From contig JADGPZ010000003.1 of NCBI GenBank assembly GCA_017882165.1, positions 878 through 64,877 on the forward strand: DNA of 64,000 bases. Direction: 5' to 3'. The stretch's first letter is position 1; each line of letters starts with the position of its first letter. The position numbers and the translations under genes were made by a program. The DNA is from Candidatus Kapaibacterium sp. (GTDB taxonomy: Bacteria > Bacteroidota > Ignavibacteria > Palsa-1295). The notes beneath the pieces were generated by a model. It saw only the letters and a list, made by a program, of their open reading frames with translations, was not told where the DNA came from and searched no databases. Below are positions 50,134 to 60,441 of this stretch, piece after piece.

Positions 50134-51510
50134 CTACGCGGCAATCGGCTGCAAACGTCGAATTGCGCGGCGTGTAAACGTGATCTGCCCCGACCGAAGC
50201 GTCGCAATGAGCGCCACGTCACGATAACTCCAGCGCCCACTAATTTGTTTGGCGTGCAGTTGAATCATGACAAACAGAACCGCCATCATGCTCGACATGT
50301 AGTCCCCATACATAATCCCGAAGAAGCTTGCCGCACCATAGATAACTAAGCACTGAATAAGGAATTGACCATAGAAGAAGTCCTCCTCGGTTCGCCGCAG
50401 TCTGAAGCTGATGAGGACCGACTTCCACACGCATCCAAACAGCCACACAAAGGCCACCAGCCCGGTGATTCCAGCACGAAGCGGCCAGTAGAGATAGGCA
50501 TTATGCGTACCCAGAGTCGTGTACACGGCCGAAATTGGCATTCGATAGTATGTCTTCCATGGAATTCCTACGGGGACTCCTAATATCGGATGTTGCCAGA
50601 TATTCTGGAGTACGTTAGGAAGTTCCAACAACCGGATGTAGGCCGAACCTTCGCCCGCCGGAGCAACAATCCCTGAGAGACGAAGAAATACGTTGAGGGG
50701 ATTGATGATAATCGCCAATAAAACGAACGAAAGCAGAAACGCTCCCAGAGCCACCGCTTGGCGGCCCCTCCGTTGCTTCGGAAGCGTCACAAACATGCTC
50801 AGGATCGCGCCCAGCGTCGCAACCATCGCGGTTCTCCGATAGCCGAGAATCATCACGGCAACCATCAATGGAGTGGCAGCAATCACAACCCATTGTAGCT
50901 TCTTTAACGCTGTACCCCGATAGTGAAGGAACACCACGCCAGCCAGAATGCCGACGGAGATCAGGTAGGCATCCCGCCATAGTTGAATAACTCCCCAACT
51001 CTTCGATACGTCGTGCGAGAAAAACTGGACGCTAAGCCCATCGAGGCATTTTGCGATTGCGGCCCAGATGATGATCTTAATAAGGATGTCTCGATCTGAC
51101 TCGTCCCGAAATGTATTGCTAATCAAAAAGAAGAAAAATGGAAGAGCAAATGCTTCATGCGCCTCGAGGACACCGACATACCGCTGCGTGATGATCGATC
51201 CCCGGAACCAGGAGAAAAAGAGGACAAAGGCGACGAGCAGTAACGGTCCGGCAAAATACGAGCGCCGAACACGAAAGTCTCCTGTCATCGTCCGCTCAAG
51301 CAGAAGCACGACGGCCAGGAGAATTCCGATCTCCTCGACAATTGAAAGACCGCCCACCGTCGGAATCAACTCGTTCAGTTGGAGGAGAGAGCCACTGACC
51401 ATGTTTCCCTGCCAGAGGAGAAGCCAGCAAAGGAAATACTTCAGAGTCCGAAATGAGAGCATGCTGGTCTCTTCCGTTCTACCGGCGCGATTGAGGAATG
51501 ATACACTCAC
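50134..51510 (-). CDS. O-antigen ligase / Wzy-like membrane protein
   Basis: About 10-12 TMs; YRRTA; S...R.......I.QHPILG; HNAYL....R.GI.G. Confidence 0.8.
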   Translation of the reverse strand: MSVSFLNRAGRTEETSMLSFRTLKYFLCWLLLWQGNMVSGSLLQLNELIPTVGGLSIVEEIGILLAVVLLLERTMTGDFRVRRSYFAGPLLLVAFVLFFSWFRGSIITQRYVGVLEAHEAFALPFFFFLISNTFRDESDRDILIKIIIWAAIAKCLDGLSVQFFSHDVSKSWGVIQLWRDAYLISVGILAGVVFLHYRGTALKKLQWVVIAATPLMVAVMILGYRRTAMVATLGAILSMFVTLPKQRRGRQAVALGAFLLSFVLLAIIINPLNVFLRLSGIVAPAGEGSAYIRLLELPNVLQNIWQHPILGVPVGIPWKTYYRMPISAVYTTLGTHNAYLYWPLRAGITGLVAFVWLFGCVWKSVLISFRLRRTEEDFFYGQFLIQCLVIYGAASFFGIMYGDYMSSMMAVLFVMIQLHAKQISGRWSYRDVALIATLRSGQITFTRRAIRRLQPIAA

Positions 51511-52760
51511 GAAGATAGATGACGATCGAAATAAATCGCTCCGCTGCGAGTTGGGGGTCTGGATGCGGCCGTTGAACGTACAGCCAAACCCATCATGGAG
51601 ATATATCCGAGATACAGGATTGTCAATGCAGCACCGGCTGTTAAACCCAGCAGTAGCATCGGCAGCCGTTTCGGGCTCGAACGGACATCCGGCGTGCGAG
51701 CAAGGTCGAGGATCGTGATGATCGACTTCTCACGCTCCTGATTGATCTTCTGCTGCTCAACTTCTCGATTCAAATAGGTTACGACCGGCTCAAGCGCAGC
51801 GCGGCGCAGAAGCAGATTCGCATAGACGCGGTTGACTTCCGGCATTTCATTGAATGCAGGACCGATCTCTGAACTCCGTTGATACTGTTGCAGAACAGCG
51901 CTCGCCGCACTCGCGCGAGCTGTTGCTTTCGCACGCGCGCTTCCACGCTCCGTAAATTCGCGAGATAAGGCGTTGGCTTCGATTGCCGCCTCGTCCTGAT
52001 CGGCTCTCAACTGAGCTATCTGCTCGATGGCAGCAATGGTTTGCGTCTTCAATTGAACGATTCCATGCTCCTGCTCGAATCGCTCCTGCACCATGCTGAA
52101 AGAATCAAGATCCGCTTTCCGGCTTGCATATTCTGATTCCGCGTAGAGCAGTTGGATGTGCGCGTCGTTCTTGATCTCGCGCAGGAATAAGCTATCCATC
52201 GCGTGAATCGCGAGATTGGCGAGCCGCGCTGACAACTGGCGCGCTTCTTCCTTCTCCTGTGCCGTGGAAAACCACGGCGTCGAAACCGACGCCTTGACAT
52301 CAACTTTTGAAAAATTTGGTAAGACCACAAGCGCCTGTTCGATTGCCGAGATCACGTCATCGTGCGAACCGGAATCATCATGATAATGGCGGGCGATCAG
52401 GGAATCCTGTGCGAGGCACTCGGCCACCGCGCGAGACTCAAGGATATTCTGCAGGAGATCGACAGAGGGGTTCTCAACTTCCTTCAATATCTTCAGCGCA
52501 TAGCCCGCATTCAAACCCGAGAGCAAACCTGACGAAGAGAGGCGATCCGGAGGGAGAATCCGTGTTTCCGCCTCGAACGTGTAGGGCATGACATATGTCG
52601 CCGCAAGAAACACTCCGCCCGAAATAAGGACAAGCGCAATCGCCACCCACTTGTGGCGTGCGACGAGCGCGAGGTAGTCCAGGATGTGGACATCCGGTTT
52701 CAAATCAGGAACAACAGGCTCGGGAATTACCGACTCTGTTGTGTGAGGCAGTTGCTGCAT
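51507..52760 (-). CDS. Wzz/GumC-like chain-length determinant
   Basis: N-terminal TM plus ILPP, ILESR; coiled coil; LD.A..PD.RSSPKR followed by a C-terminal TM. Confidence 0.85.
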   Translation of the reverse strand: MQQLPHTTESVIPEPVVPDLKPDVHILDYLALVARHKWVAIALVLISGGVFLAATYVMPYTFEAETRILPPDRLSSSGLLSGLNAGYALKILKEVENPSVDLLQNILESRAVAECLAQDSLIARHYHDDSGSHDDVISAIEQALVVLPNFSKVDVKASVSTPWFSTAQEKEEARQLSARLANLAIHAMDSLFLREIKNDAHIQLLYAESEYASRKADLDSFSMVQERFEQEHGIVQLKTQTIAAIEQIAQLRADQDEAAIEANALSREFTERGSARAKATARASAASAVLQQYQRSSEIGPAFNEMPEVNRVYANLLLRRAALEPVVTYLNREVEQQKINQEREKSIITILDLARTPDVRSSPKRLPMLLLGLTAGAALTILYLGYISMMGLAVRSTAASRPPTRSGAIYFDRHLSS

Positions 52761-52868
52761 TGCTCCAGTAGGCAGTGGTTCAGGCCATCAACGTTAAGCC
52801 GCTGACTCCGTTTCCCTGCGGGAGGGTAAATATGAATGCCTATCGGTAATCGCCAGAGCGGTCGCGGC

Positions 52869-54965
52869 CTATGCCGCGACCCCCGTCTTGCCCTTTGCAG
52901 CCTCGATGATCTGTTCCTGGATCGAGCGCGGCGCTTCTTCGTAGCGGGAGAATTGCATGGTGTAAATCGCGCGCCCCTGCGACATCGAACGCATCACCGT
53001 CGCGTACCCAAACATTTCCGAAAGCGGAACGGAAGCTTTGATCACCTGCGCGTCAGACCGAGCAGTCATACTCTCGATCTTCCCGCGGCGCTTTGTCAAA
53101 TCACCGATCACATCGCCCATGTAATCTTCGGGTGTGACAACTTCGACATCCATGATTGGCTCGAGGATTACCGGGTGTGCCTTCCGAGCGCCTTCCTTGA
53201 ACGCCATCGAGCCTGCGATCTTAAACGCCATTTCGCTCGAATCGACTTCGTGGAAGGAGCCTTCGAAGAGCTTCACCTTGATATCTTCGACCGGATAGCC
53301 GGCGATGATCCCGTTCTTCATCGCTTCGACAATGCCAGCCGAGACCGGCGCGATATACTCCTTCGGGATCGAGCCGCCGACGATGGCATTCACGAATTCG
53401 TAGCCCTTGCCTGGCTCGTTTGGCTCGAGTTCGATCCAAACGTGACCGAACTGACCGCGGCCACCCGATTGACGCACAAACTTCCCTTCCTGCGTGACTT
53501 TCTTCCGAATGGTCTCTTTGTATGCGACTTGTGGCTTGCCAACATTCGCCTCAACGCGAAACTCGCGTTTCATGCGATCGACGAGAATCTCCAGATGCAA
53601 CTCGCCCATTCCGGAAAGAATGGTTTGCCCCGTCTCTTCATCGGTCTTGACTCTGAACGTCGGATCTTCGTCCGCAAGCTTCTGCAATGCCTCACCCATC
53701 TTCTCCGAGTCTGCTTTCGTCTTCGGCTCGACCGCGAGCGAGATGACAGGCTCCGGAAAGATCATGCGCTCGAGCACGATTGGATCGTCCTCATCACAGA
53801 GGGTATCTCCGGTGCGCGTTTGCTTCAGACCTACCGCCGCACAGATGTCTCCCGTATATGCTTCCTCGATGTCCTCGCGATGATTCGCGTGCATTCGAAG
53901 GATGCGCCCGATCCGCTCCTTGCGGCCACTGATGGAGTTCAGCACATACGAACCGGCCTTCAGCGTACCGGAATAAACGCGGAAGAACGTCAGCTTGCCG
54001 ACAAACGGGTCGGTCATGATCTTGAACGCAATCGCGGCGAACTTCTCGTTGTCGCGCGGCTCCCGGCTAATATGGTCCGTGAGGTTGAGATGGTGTCCTT
54101 CGACCGCGCCAACATCCAGCGGATTCGGCAGATAATCGACAACGGCATCCAACAGGTTCTGTACACCCTTGTTTTTGAACGCCGATCCGCACATCACCGG
54201 AATAATCTTCGACTGGATCACGGCTTCACGAAGTACGCGCATCACCTCCTCCGAAGTGATTTCTTGCCCTTCCAGATACTTCACAAGCAGCGTGTCGTCA
54301 ACCTCCGCAACGGATTCGAAGAGGCGCGTGCGCCACTCTTTCGCATGTTCTTTCAGATTCTCCGGAATCGGAACGTCTTCGAAGGTCGAGCCCAGCGTGT
54401 TCTCATTATACATGCGGGCCGTGTTCGTGACGAGATCGATCACACCGGCGAACAACTCCCCCTCGCCGATTGGAAGATTGATCGGAATCGGATTGGCTTT
54501 GAGCCGCTCCTTGATCATCTCTATGACATTGAAAAAGTTCGCACCGGTGCGGTCCATCTTATTGACGAACGCAATGCGTGGCACGCCGTACTTATTGGCC
54601 TGACGCCAGACCGTCTCCGATTGCGGTTCGACGCCACCAACTGCGCAAAAAAGCGCGACCGCACCATCGAGCACGCGGAGCGACCGCTCGACTTCGACGG
54701 TAAAATCGACGTGACCGGGCGTATCAATGATATTGATCTGGGTATCACGCCATACGCAGGCTGTCGCAGCAGACGTAATCGTGATGCCCCGCTCCTTCTC
54801 CTGCTCCATCCAGTCCATGGTTGCGCCGCCATCATGGACTTCACCCATCCGGTGGACGACGCCCGTATAGAACAGGATCCGCTCAGTCGTCGTCGTCTTT
54901 CCGGCGTCGATATGCGCCATGATCCCGATGTTCCGAGTGTGTGCGAGTGCGTATTTGCGTGGCAT
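52869..54965 (-). CDS. fusA: Elongation factor G
   Basis: [43 protein letters not shown] and VPLSEMFGY. Confidence 0.99.
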   Translation of the reverse strand: MPRKYALAHTRNIGIMAHIDAGKTTTTERILFYTGVVHRMGEVHDGGATMDWMEQEKERGITITSAATACVWRDTQINIIDTPGHVDFTVEVERSLRVLDGAVALFCAVGGVEPQSETVWRQANKYGVPRIAFVNKMDRTGANFFNVIEMIKERLKANPIPINLPIGEGELFAGVIDLVTNTARMYNENTLGSTFEDVPIPENLKEHAKEWRTRLFESVAEVDDTLLVKYLEGQEITSEEVMRVLREAVIQSKIIPVMCGSAFKNKGVQNLLDAVVDYLPNPLDVGAVEGHHLNLTDHISREPRDNEKFAAIAFKIMTDPFVGKLTFFRVYSGTLKAGSYVLNSISGRKERIGRILRMHANHREDIEEAYTGDICAAVGLKQTRTGDTLCDEDDPIVLERMIFPEPVISLAVEPKTKADSEKMGEALQKLADEDPTFRVKTDEETGQTILSGMGELHLEILVDRMKREFRVEANVGKPQVAYKETIRKKVTQEGKFVRQSGGRGQFGHVWIELEPNEPGKGYEFVNAIVGGSIPKEYIAPVSAGIVEAMKNGIIAGYPVEDIKVKLFEGSFHEVDSSEMAFKIAGSMAFKEGARKAHPVILEPIMDVEVVTPEDYMGDVIGDLTKRRGKIESMTARSDAQVIKASVPLSEMFGYATVMRSMSQGRAIYTMQFSRYEEAPRSIQEQIIEAAKGKTGVAA

Positions 54966-55169
54966 AAAACTCTATGTGTGCTTTCTATCCGATAACAACG
55001 ATATGGCCCATTTCCTGCAATTTGAACCAGAGAGGGCCTCCAACATGGTATTCTGAGCGTTGGGGCGCGGCATTAACCGCACACAGGCTGGCTTAGTTCA
55101 GAAGTGGTGTCGGTGGGATGAAATCCTAATATTCGCGCGACAAACGCCCAAACTCCGTATTTTCGCCCC

Positions 55170-56750
55170 ATGTTCTCCCGTTGCTACTCCGCTACTACCC
55201 AAGGAATCGAAGCTTATACCGTCGAAATCGAGACGCACGTCGAGGCTCACGTGCCGAGTTATGCCATCGTCGGACTGCCGGACTCGGCCGTCCGCGAGAG
55301 TAAGGAGCGCGTGCTCAGCGCCATGAAGAATAGCGCCCTGCCGTTCGACACGAACCGCAAGATTACGATCAATCTTGCCCCGGCCGACATTCGCAAAGAG
55401 GGCAGCGCCTTCGATCTGCCGATTGCGCTCGGACTTCTTGCGACTGGTGGTGTCGTCGATACCGAACGCCTGCAAGAGTATGTCCTGCTCGGCGAACTTG
55501 CCCTCGACGGGACAGTGCGGCCCGTCCGCGGCTCGCTGAACGTTGCTCTGCATACTCGAAAGCTTCGAGAGAAACTGCCGAATCTCAAAGGCATGATCGT
55601 GCCTCTGGAGAATGCCAAGGAGGCCGGACTCGTGCAGGAGATCGATGTCTATGGCGTTCGCACGCTCCGCGAGGCTGTGGACATTCTGAACGGGCTGCTC
55701 ACGCCCGATCCGATTCGTATTGACATTGACAAAATCTTCCGCGAAGATACGCACGAAGGAATGCTCGACTTCTCCGACGTGAAGGGACAGGAGGCCGTCA
55801 AGCGCGCGTTGGAAGTCGCTGCAGCCGGTGGTCATAATATCATCATGGTCGGCGCGCCCGGATCGGGCAAGAGCATGTTGGCAAAGCGCTTTCCATCCAT
55901 CATGCCACCGCTCACGTTCGACGAAGCGCTCGAGACAACCAAGATTCATAGCGTGGCCGGTACGCTTGCGCCTAATACTCCCCTGCTCACTTCGCGTCCC
56001 TTCCGCTCGCCGCATCATACGATTTCGGATGCCGCACTCGTCGGCGGCGGGATGGCGAACATTCGGCCTGGCGAGATTTCGCTCGCGCACCACGGGGTGC
56101 TCTTTCTCGACGAGCTTCCGGAATTCCAGCGCAACGTGCTCGAAGTCCTGCGCCAGCCGCTCGAAGACGGCTCGATCAGGATCTCGCGTACGCGCATGAC
56201 CGTCGAGTATCCCGCGAGCTTCATGCTCATCTGCGCGATGAACCCCTGTCCGTGTGGACACTTCGGCTCGACGATCCACGCCTGCACCTGCGCCGAGGGA
56301 GCGATCCAACGGTACATGAGCAAAGTCTCGGGACCGTTGCTCGACCGCATCGACATTCACATTGAAGTCCCGAGCGTGAAGGTCGAAGATCTGTCGAAGA
56401 AATCAACTGGCGAACCATCGAAGAAGATTCGCGAGCGCGTCATAGCGGCACGCGAGCGGCAAACGCGCCGATACATGGACGCGACCATCCCTGGCAGCAA
56501 ACGGCGCATCTACAAGAATGCTGACTTGCCTCCAAAACTCGTCGAGCAATTTTGTGAGATCGGCGAAGAAGGCCGAAACGTCCTCAAGATGGCGATGAAC
56601 CGGATGGGTTACTCCGCGCGCGCATACGACCGTATCCTCAAAGTCGCTCGCACCATCGCCGATCTGGCCGGTGTAGAGAATATTACGACTGCTCATCTCA
56701 GCGAGGCAATCCAATACCGTAGTCTTGACCGGCAATTCTGGAATGCGTGA
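55170..56750 (+). CDS. comM: YifB/ComM Mg-chelatase-like AAA+ ATPase
   Basis: INLAPAD..KEG..FDLPIA, GAPGSGKSM, RPFRSPHH, LFLDELPEF, NPCPCG and SGPLLDRID. Confidence 0.93.
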   Translation: MFSRCYSATTQGIEAYTVEIETHVEAHVPSYAIVGLPDSAVRESKERVLSAMKNSALPFDTNRKITINLAPADIRKEGSAFDLPIALGLLATGGVVDTERLQEYVLLGELALDGTVRPVRGSLNVALHTRKLREKLPNLKGMIVPLENAKEAGLVQEIDVYGVRTLREAVDILNGLLTPDPIRIDIDKIFREDTHEGMLDFSDVKGQEAVKRALEVAAAGGHNIIMVGAPGSGKSMLAKRFPSIMPPLTFDEALETTKIHSVAGTLAPNTPLLTSRPFRSPHHTISDAALVGGGMANIRPGEISLAHHGVLFLDELPEFQRNVLEVLRQPLEDGSIRISRTRMTVEYPASFMLICAMNPCPCGHFGSTIHACTCAEGAIQRYMSKVSGPLLDRIDIHIEVPSVKVEDLSKKSTGEPSKKIRERVIAARERQTRRYMDATIPGSKRRIYKNADLPPKLVEQFCEIGEEGRNVLKMAMNRMGYSARAYDRILKVARTIADLAGVENITTAHLSEAIQYRSLDRQFWNA

Positions 56751-56829
56751 TGGCTTTGCGTGATGATGGAAACCCGTCGCACTTGCAAACGGTTATCGCG
56801 CCCGCAATATATATCAGCTTGCCCGGTGT

Positions 56830-56902
<73 letters not shown>

Positions 56903-56988
56903 CACAGGGCAAATATGAATAGAAAAATGGAATTAGGAGGGAGGAATGACCGTTAGCGGCAGCCCTCATTGCTAATGAGTGCGGTTCT

Positions 56989-57062
56989 GGAGTGGTAGTT
57001 CAGTTGGTTAGAACGCCTGCCTGTCACGTAGGAGGTCGCGGGTTCGAGTCCCGTCCGCTCCG
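56989..57062 (+). tRNA. tRNA-Asp(GTC)
   Basis: GGAGTGG/CCGCTCC-G; anticodon arm CCTGC-CTGTCAC-GTAGG; GGTTCGAGTCC. Confidence 0.96.
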
Positions 57063-57072
57063 CATACTGTAG

Positions 57073-57135
57073 AGTAACGAGTGATGAGAAACGAGTATCG
57101 AGCACTCGGTCTTTCATCACTCGTTTCTCATTACT
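57073..57135. repeat. Heptamer-based hairpin repeat, left copy
   Basis: AGTAACG-AGTGATG-AGAAACG-AGTATCG followed by complementary units. Confidence 0.7.
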
Positions 57136-57226
57136 GACACATTTCTCACGCAACTTCTTACAGCCCGCCTCGTTCTAGTAGGCAAGAAGAATCATCCACA
57201 CACTCTTTCACACTTTGGAGGGTATC

Positions 57227-57859
57227 ATGAGACTATTCGGACGATCAGGTTTATTAGGAGCGGCAATTGCGCTTGTCATTGGCGCCGGAGTTCTCTCGGC
57301 GAGCCTGAACTCCTGTGCGGCGATCAACGCGCTGGCAAACCTCCAGCACATTCAGTTTAAGCTGAGTGATGTGCAGAGCGTTCGGCTTGCCGGTATCGAC
57401 GTGAGAAACAAGCACAGCGTCTCCGATTTTAGCGTGATGGACGGCCTCAGTCTGATGAACGCTTTCTCTTCCGGGCGATTCCCACTCACATTCACACTGA
57501 ACGTTGAAGCCAAAAATCCGAACGCTCCGAACGCGGCTTATGGCGCGCTGAAAGTAATCGATCTCCCTTGGCGGCTGTTGCTGAATGGGCATGAGACGAT
57601 CAGCGGCAATATTGGCGGCCCGGTTGGTGTGCCGCCCGGAGGACAGACTACAATCATTCCTCTGCAAGTGACCGTCGATCTCAAGCAGTTCTTTGCGAAT
57701 CAGGGTTACAATGACATGCTCCAGCTTGCTCTTGCGCTCTCCGGTCAGGGCGGCGTTTCGCAAGTCCAACTCAAAACGACGCCGACGATGTCCACGCCGC
57801 TCGGCAACGTCCGGTATCCCGGCGAGTTAACGGTTGTCAGCACGGAATTTCGATCATAG
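57227..57859 (+). CDS. LEA_2/WHy-like lipoprotein
   Basis: Lipobox LNSC; LNVEAKNPN; W.LLLNG.E.ISG; IPLQV.VDL. Confidence 0.7.
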   Translation: MRLFGRSGLLGAAIALVIGAGVLSASLNSCAAINALANLQHIQFKLSDVQSVRLAGIDVRNKHSVSDFSVMDGLSLMNAFSSGRFPLTFTLNVEAKNPNAPNAAYGALKVIDLPWRLLLNGHETISGNIGGPVGVPPGGQTTIIPLQVTVDLKQFFANQGYNDMLQLALALSGQGGVSQVQLKTTPTMSTPLGNVRYPGELTVVSTEFRS

Positions 57860-57913
57860 TAACGAGTGATGAGTAACGAGTGAAGAAACGACTCGTTGCT
57901 TCTTACTCGTTAT
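57858..57913. repeat. Heptamer-based hairpin repeat, right copy
   Basis: AGTAACGAGTGATGAGTAACGAGT, 23 of 24 nt identical to the start of the left copy, followed by complementary units. Confidence 0.7.
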
Positions 57914-57922
57914 CCATTTACC

Positions 57923-58606
57923 TTGCGTAAGAACGGAATCATCATCGCGATCGACGGGCCGACAGCGTCCGGCAAGAGCACGACGGCGAAACAAGTCGCC
58001 GCTCGTTTGGGCTTTCTCCATTTGAATACTGGCGCGATGTACCGCGCGTTCGCGCTGCTGGTTCGCCGGCGCGATCATCATGGCCACGATCCCGCTCGCG
58101 TTCATACGCTCATCGAGCAGGCGGACATCCGCTTCTCCCCCGCTGGCGTGATTCAACTCGATGGCGCCGATGTCTCGCGCGAAATTCAGGAGCCGGACAT
58201 TGCCTTGCTCGCCAGCGAGCTTTCGACGAACCCGGAAGTCCGCGCCAAGCTGCTCCTGAAGCAGCGCGCTATCGGCAACGATGGCGGGGTTGTGCTCGAA
58301 GGCCGCGACATTGGAACGGTCGTCTTCCCCGATGCCGAGTTGAAGATCTTCCTCGTCGCCGACGCTTTGGTTCGTGCCCAGCGCCGCCAACTCGAGATGG
58401 AGCGTCTGGGCACGCACATTCCGCTCGAAGAGTTACGCCAACAGCTCGAAGAGCGCGACCGGCGCGACTCCGAGCGCCCCATCTCACCGCTCCGCAAAGC
58501 GCCAGATGCAATCGAAGTTGATACGACAAATTTGACGTTCGATGGGCAGGTGGAGCGCGTGTACGAAATGGCGCGAGACATCATGTCGCAAGAGGATCTT
58601 ACTTAG
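57923..58606 (+). CDS. cmk: Cytidylate kinase
   Basis: IAIDGPTASGKST, TGAMYRA, VLEGRDIGTVVFPDA and RD.RD..R.ISPL. Start at TTG 57923 is a judgement. Confidence 0.96.
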   Translation: MRKNGIIIAIDGPTASGKSTTAKQVAARLGFLHLNTGAMYRAFALLVRRRDHHGHDPARVHTLIEQADIRFSPAGVIQLDGADVSREIQEPDIALLASELSTNPEVRAKLLLKQRAIGNDGGVVLEGRDIGTVVFPDAELKIFLVADALVRAQRRQLEMERLGTHIPLEELRQQLEERDRRDSERPISPLRKAPDAIEVDTTNLTFDGQVERVYEMARDIMSQEDLT

Positions 58607-58630
58607 AACTCGCAATTAACACTTAGTACC

Positions 58631-58720
58631 TTGATTGTCACCGTCGATAAGAATTCCGGATTTTGCTGGGGCGTGGTTCGGGCCGTGAACATCGCCGAGG
58701 CGGAGCTTGCCGGGCAATAA
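58631..58720 (+). pseudogene. Duplicated 5' end of ispH (29 codons then TAA)
   Basis: (M)IVTVDKNSGFCWGVVRAVNIAEAELAGQ*; residues 3-29 are identical to the ispH N-terminus at 59461. Confidence 0.9.
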
Positions 58721-58757
58721 GACGGGAACAAAGCTTGCATCTCTCACTGAGACTTCG

Positions 58758-58765
58758 TATATTTG
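58758..58765 (+). promoter_or_regulatory. Bacteroidota-type -7 element upstream of the inserted gene
   Basis: TATATTTG 24 nt before ATG 58790. Confidence 0.5.
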
Positions 58766-58789
58766 TGACCTTACAAACGATTGTTTCTT

Positions 58790-59419
58790 ATGTCAAAGCT
58801 GTGTTTCCTCCTTCTTCTTTTCCTTCTCGCCACATCGTTGCGAGCGCAAACAACGCGGAATGCCGAGCATCTCACGGCAGAGATCAAAACAAAGGGCGGC
58901 GAAGTGTTTCGAGGCCAGATTACGCGGGAGACGGCGGACACCGTCTTTATCATCAACGACCAAGGCAAGCAGGAGTTCGTGTTGCGATCGAGGATCGAAT
59001 CGATCTCCTACGCGGCACACCGGCTCGCCGATTTTGGTGAAGTTGGCATAACCATCGGGACCCCGTCCGGCTTAAACCTCGTCGCTGGCTATATGTGGCG
59101 ACATGTCGGAGTCCGACTGAGTGGTCTCTATCTCGGCAGCATTTCTGGAGTGCAGTTGGGCATCCCCATCAACATTGCGCGCTTCGAGAGCACCTCTCAC
59201 GACATTTCGCTCGTTGCCGCCACCAGCTCCATTACGACGCATCAAACGGATGTGTTTGGTGGGACAACGGAAGTGAATCACAACTTCACGGGTGTCGGCC
59301 CCGCGTACGAACTGAATGCTGGAGGATTCTATCTGGAACTGGGACTCCTCTTCGGGAGCGGGACCTATAGCAGTCCGCAGCTCGCCTTCCAAATCGGGTA
59401 CGTTCATGCGTTCCGCTGA
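58790..59419 (+). CDS. Hypothetical exported protein: small N-terminal domain plus probable small outer-membrane beta-barrel
   Basis: Signal peptide ending SLRA-Q; K.GEVFRGQI.RET; amphipathic strands ending FQIGYVHAFR. Confidence 0.65.
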   Translation: MSKLCFLLLLFLLATSLRAQTTRNAEHLTAEIKTKGGEVFRGQITRETADTVFIINDQGKQEFVLRSRIESISYAAHRLADFGEVGITIGTPSGLNLVAGYMWRHVGVRLSGLYLGSISGVQLGIPINIARFESTSHDISLVAATSSITTHQTDVFGGTTEVNHNFTGVGPAYELNAGGFYLELGLLFGSGTYSSPQLAFQIGYVHAFR

Positions 59420-59460
59420 GGGACTTAACTTTTGATAGCAAGCTTGCGTTTGCTAAGTGG

Positions 59461-60420
59461 ATGCAAGTCACCGTTGATAAGAATTCAGGATTTTGCTGGG
59501 GTGTGGTTCGGGCAGTGAACATCGCAGAGGCGGAGCTTGCCGGACAATCCGGAAATGGCCGCGCACCTCGGCTCTACTCCCTCGGCGACATCATCCACAA
59601 TCCCGTCGAAGTCGATCGTCTTCGCTCCGAAGGCCTTGAGACGATTTCGCACGCCGATTTCGAGCGCATTGCCGAAGAGAACCGGACTTGCGGAATTGAA
59701 TCCAAAATACTCATCCGTGCTCACGGCGAGCCGCCATCGACATACGCCAAACTCGAAGAGCTTGGACTGGGAGTCGTGAATGCCACCTGCCCGGTGGTCG
59801 GCAAGGTGCAGGAACGCATCCGAAAGTTTTACGACAAGGGCTACCAGATGGTCATCTTCGGCAAGAAGGATCACGCCGAGGTCGTTGGATTGCGCGGTGT
59901 CGTCAACGACGAAGCAATCGTGGTGCTAACGGTCGAAGAAGCACTCGATAAAATAAAGTTCGATCGCCCGACGGTGCTCTTCTCGCAAACCACGATGGAC
60001 CGGCCAACCTTCCGCGAAATTCGCGACCGCTTGAAAGAGCGTATCGCCGATCTCGTTGTGGATACAATGGAAGAGACCGCAATCGAATTCCAGGCAAAGG
60101 ACACGATTTGCGGTCAGGTTTCGGGCCGCGAAGCGAAGCTCGCCGAGCTTGCACGTCAGCAGGATCTCGTGATTTTTGTCGCCGGACACAACAGCTCGAA
60201 TGGCAAAGTCCTCTTCAACGTAGCGAAGGACGCCAACCCGAACACCTACTTCATCGAGGACGAGCGAGAACTTCAGCCGGAGTGGTTTGCGAACTTGAAT
60301 AACGTCGCGGTCACCGGCGCCACGAGCACACCGCAATGGCTGATGCAGCGCGTTGGCGATGCGATCTACAAGATGTGTGGCGAGCCGGAAAAGGCGGAGT
60401 TGTTACCAATTCTCACATAG
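59461..60420 (+). CDS. ispH: 4-hydroxy-3-methylbut-2-enyl diphosphate reductase
   Basis: GFCWGV.RA, IIHN, IRAHG, ATCP.V, H.EV.G, SQTT, DTIC, SSN and GATSTP. Confidence 0.97.
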   Translation: MQVTVDKNSGFCWGVVRAVNIAEAELAGQSGNGRAPRLYSLGDIIHNPVEVDRLRSEGLETISHADFERIAEENRTCGIESKILIRAHGEPPSTYAKLEELGLGVVNATCPVVGKVQERIRKFYDKGYQMVIFGKKDHAEVVGLRGVVNDEAIVVLTVEEALDKIKFDRPTVLFSQTTMDRPTFREIRDRLKERIADLVVDTMEETAIEFQAKDTICGQVSGREAKLAELARQQDLVIFVAGHNSSNGKVLFNVAKDANPNTYFIEDERELQPEWFANLNNVAVTGATSTPQWLMQRVGDAIYKMCGEPEKAELLPILT

Positions 60421-60441
60421 GGACACGCCGCTGGCGTGTCC

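Noticed and set aside
52836-54995. 719-aa plus-strand ORF
   Set aside because: It is the antisense shadow of fusA. Similar shadows occur over aconitase, eno, comM and mrdA and are expected in GC-rich coding DNA.
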